In this document: piece after piece, positions 62,442-64,000 of the stretch
Layout: each line of letters opens with the position of its first letter
Numbering within the stretch: position 1 is the stretch's first letter
Assembly (NCBI RefSeq): GCF_018350175.1
Contig: NC_058377.1
Coordinates: forward strand, 9,982,001-10,046,000
DNA: 64,000 nt
Origin: Felis catus
Taxonomy: Eukaryota
Direction of reading: 5' to 3'
Program-made: the position numbers and the translations under genes
The notes under the pieces: generated by a model
Databases searched by the model: none
What the model saw: only the letters and a program-made list of their open reading frames with translations
Told to the model about the DNA's origin: nothing

Positions 62442-62477
<36 letters not shown>
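62442..62477. repeat. (GT)n microsatellite
   Basis: Direct reading. Confidence 0.95.
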
Positions 62478-62478
<1 letters not shown>

Positions 62479-62724
62479 TGTGTGTGTCCGCGCGCTCACT
62501 CCAGCACGCCTGCCTGCAGACCTGGTGGTATGCTAGTGTGTGATTGCAAGCACATGCACACGCCGGCACGCCTGCTGGTGTGTCAACGAGTGTATGTGTG
62601 TGCGCTCACGTGTGTGTATGCTCGCAGGGCGCGCACACACCGGCACGCCCGCCTGGAGGCCTGGTGTGTGTCTGCAGCGTAGGCACACACGCCCGCCCCC
62701 AGCCTGTTGTGTGTGTATTGTACG

Positions 62725-62726
<2 letters not shown>

Positions 62727-62775
<49 letters not shown>

Positions 62776-62788
62776 CGCGCGCGTGCGC
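62727..62788. repeat. Compound (GT)n(GC)n alternating purine-pyrimidine tract
   Basis: About (GT)20(GC)8GTGCGC, uninterrupted alternation. Confidence 0.95.
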
Positions 62789-63128
62789 CTGCCCGCCCGC
62801 GCGCGCCTCTCCGCGCGCGCGCCCGCGGTGCTCCCCCTTACGCACGCGGGGCGGGGGGCTGCCAGCCAGCGCCCCTCTACCCTTTGCGCGCCCAGCTGTT
62901 TCTATAGGAACCGCGACAGCGCCCGGGCCCCTCCGGCAGAGGCCCCGGTGCGAGCATGCCCAGTGGAAGCCGCTAGTTTGGCTCCGGTCTAGGTTTCCAG
63001 TAAGTGGCCTGCGGGACTCCGGAGAGGTCCCCGTGAGCTGAGCGGAGAGTCTTTGTGTGCAGAGGGAGGAGGCGGTGGCGGCAGCCGCCTGGCCTGGAGA
63101 CCCCGCCCGGGAGCCCCCGCCAGGAACA

Positions 63129-63188
63129 ATGCTAGCCTGCTTGACCCGGGGGAACTTACTGGACGTCCTACAGGAGGGCTTCAATGAG
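63129..63188 (+). CDS. DIXDC1: DIXDC1 (dixin/Ccd1) coding exon 1; gene continues beyond the window
   Basis: acaATG; MLACLTRGNLLDVLQEGFNE; donor GAG|GTAACT, phase 0. Confidence 0.93.
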
Positions 63189-63857
63189 GTAACTGTCTGC
63201 TCCTCCCACTCCCAGCTTCCCTCCCCCAGCGCCTCCCGCCTAATCTCTAGAAGGGGTTCTCCGTCCCCCCTCCGTCCTCAAGGGGATCCCAGATCAGTTC
63301 CCCTGCAGAGCCCTAAGGAGCTAAAGTAGTGGGTATGGTGCAGACGAGATGGCTAACGGAGAAATCAGAAGGGCCCCCTACCTACAGCTACGCTGGGCGA
63401 TGCCTTTCCCTGGCGGCTCACCTGAGCCCAGCAGACAGGACCACAAACTTAGAGGTCATCTCCTTTTAAGCGAGGTGGTCTCCACCCTTCCCTGGCATTC
63501 TCCCCAAGAAAGCCCCCCTTCAGAGGGAAGCCCCTGAATGTATGGCAGAAGTACTCATTCTTCAGGAGCTTACTGGGTGGGCCAAGTTAGGGGTGGGGTG
63601 GAATTGCATTGGTAGAAAGTTTGAGAGAGGGCAGGGTGGTCCACATGAAGTGCCGCCTTCCTGTTTATATCTCTTTCCAATTCCCAGGCTGTAGGTTTCT
63701 CCACAATCGAGGGCATGGTTGGCAGAGAGGACCTAAGAGCAAAGAGGTTGCTTGAGTTTCTGGGCCCAGTTCCGGGAAGTGGGAATTCATTCCGTACTGT
63801 GTAAGAAGAGTGGGGAACTGGACCGCCAATCTGACAGGCAGTATGTGCTAGGACTCC

Positions 63858-63878
63858 GGGGGGGGGGGGGGGGGGGGG
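63858..63878. repeat. Poly-G tract in DIXDC1 intron 1
   Basis: G21. Confidence 0.85.
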
Positions 63879-64000
63879 CGGTGCTTTTTCTTTTCACTGT
63901 TTTATATCAGAATTCTGTTGTTGTTTCTTCCATGCCCTTTGTGACCCAGGGAATTCTGGATTAGGATCCTACCCCATTGTGATTTGCTCCATGTGTCTTC

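Larger units (their letters stand above)
62480..63300 (+). promoter_or_regulatory. DIXDC1 CpG-island promoter
   Basis: High CpG, GC box GGGGCGGGG, surrounds coding exon 1. Confidence 0.75.

Noticed and set aside
62384-63184. Cys/Val- and His/Thr-repeat ORFs upstream of DIXDC1
   Set aside because: Translations of (GT)n/(CA)n microsatellites

Overview
This is mammalian (carnivore, most likely felid, judging by abundant SINEC_Fc-type Can-SINEs) genomic DNA with several N gaps, syntenic to the human 11q23.1 block. Gene order, left to right: ALG9 (minus; coding exons 1-4, gene continues off the left edge); FDXACB1 (minus, 5 exons, 624 aa) head-to-head with CFAP68/C11orf1 (plus, 4 exons, 171 aa); a ~13 kb L1/SINE/LTR-rich spacer; CRYAB (minus, start codon in a gap) head-to-head with HSPB2 (plus, 182 aa); C11orf52 (plus, 4 exons, 124 aa); a CpG island likely to be an upstream DIXDC1 promoter; and DIXDC1 coding exon 1 (plus, gene continues off the right edge). 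Exon boundaries were read by hand from GT/AG sites and phase continuity; gene identities come from recalled protein sequences, not a database search. Best leads: (1) FDXACB1 looks like a Bmt5-like methyltransferase fused to a catalytically degenerate PheRS with an anticodon-binding domain; (2) splice phases allow an in-frame FDXACB1-ALG9 read-through; (3) C11orf52 looks like a lipid-anchored adaptor with a Siglec-like ITIM/ITSM tail; (4) an apparently young retro-insertion made of ancient L1MC sequence; (5) apparent loss of the muscle E-box in the CRYAB enhancer.
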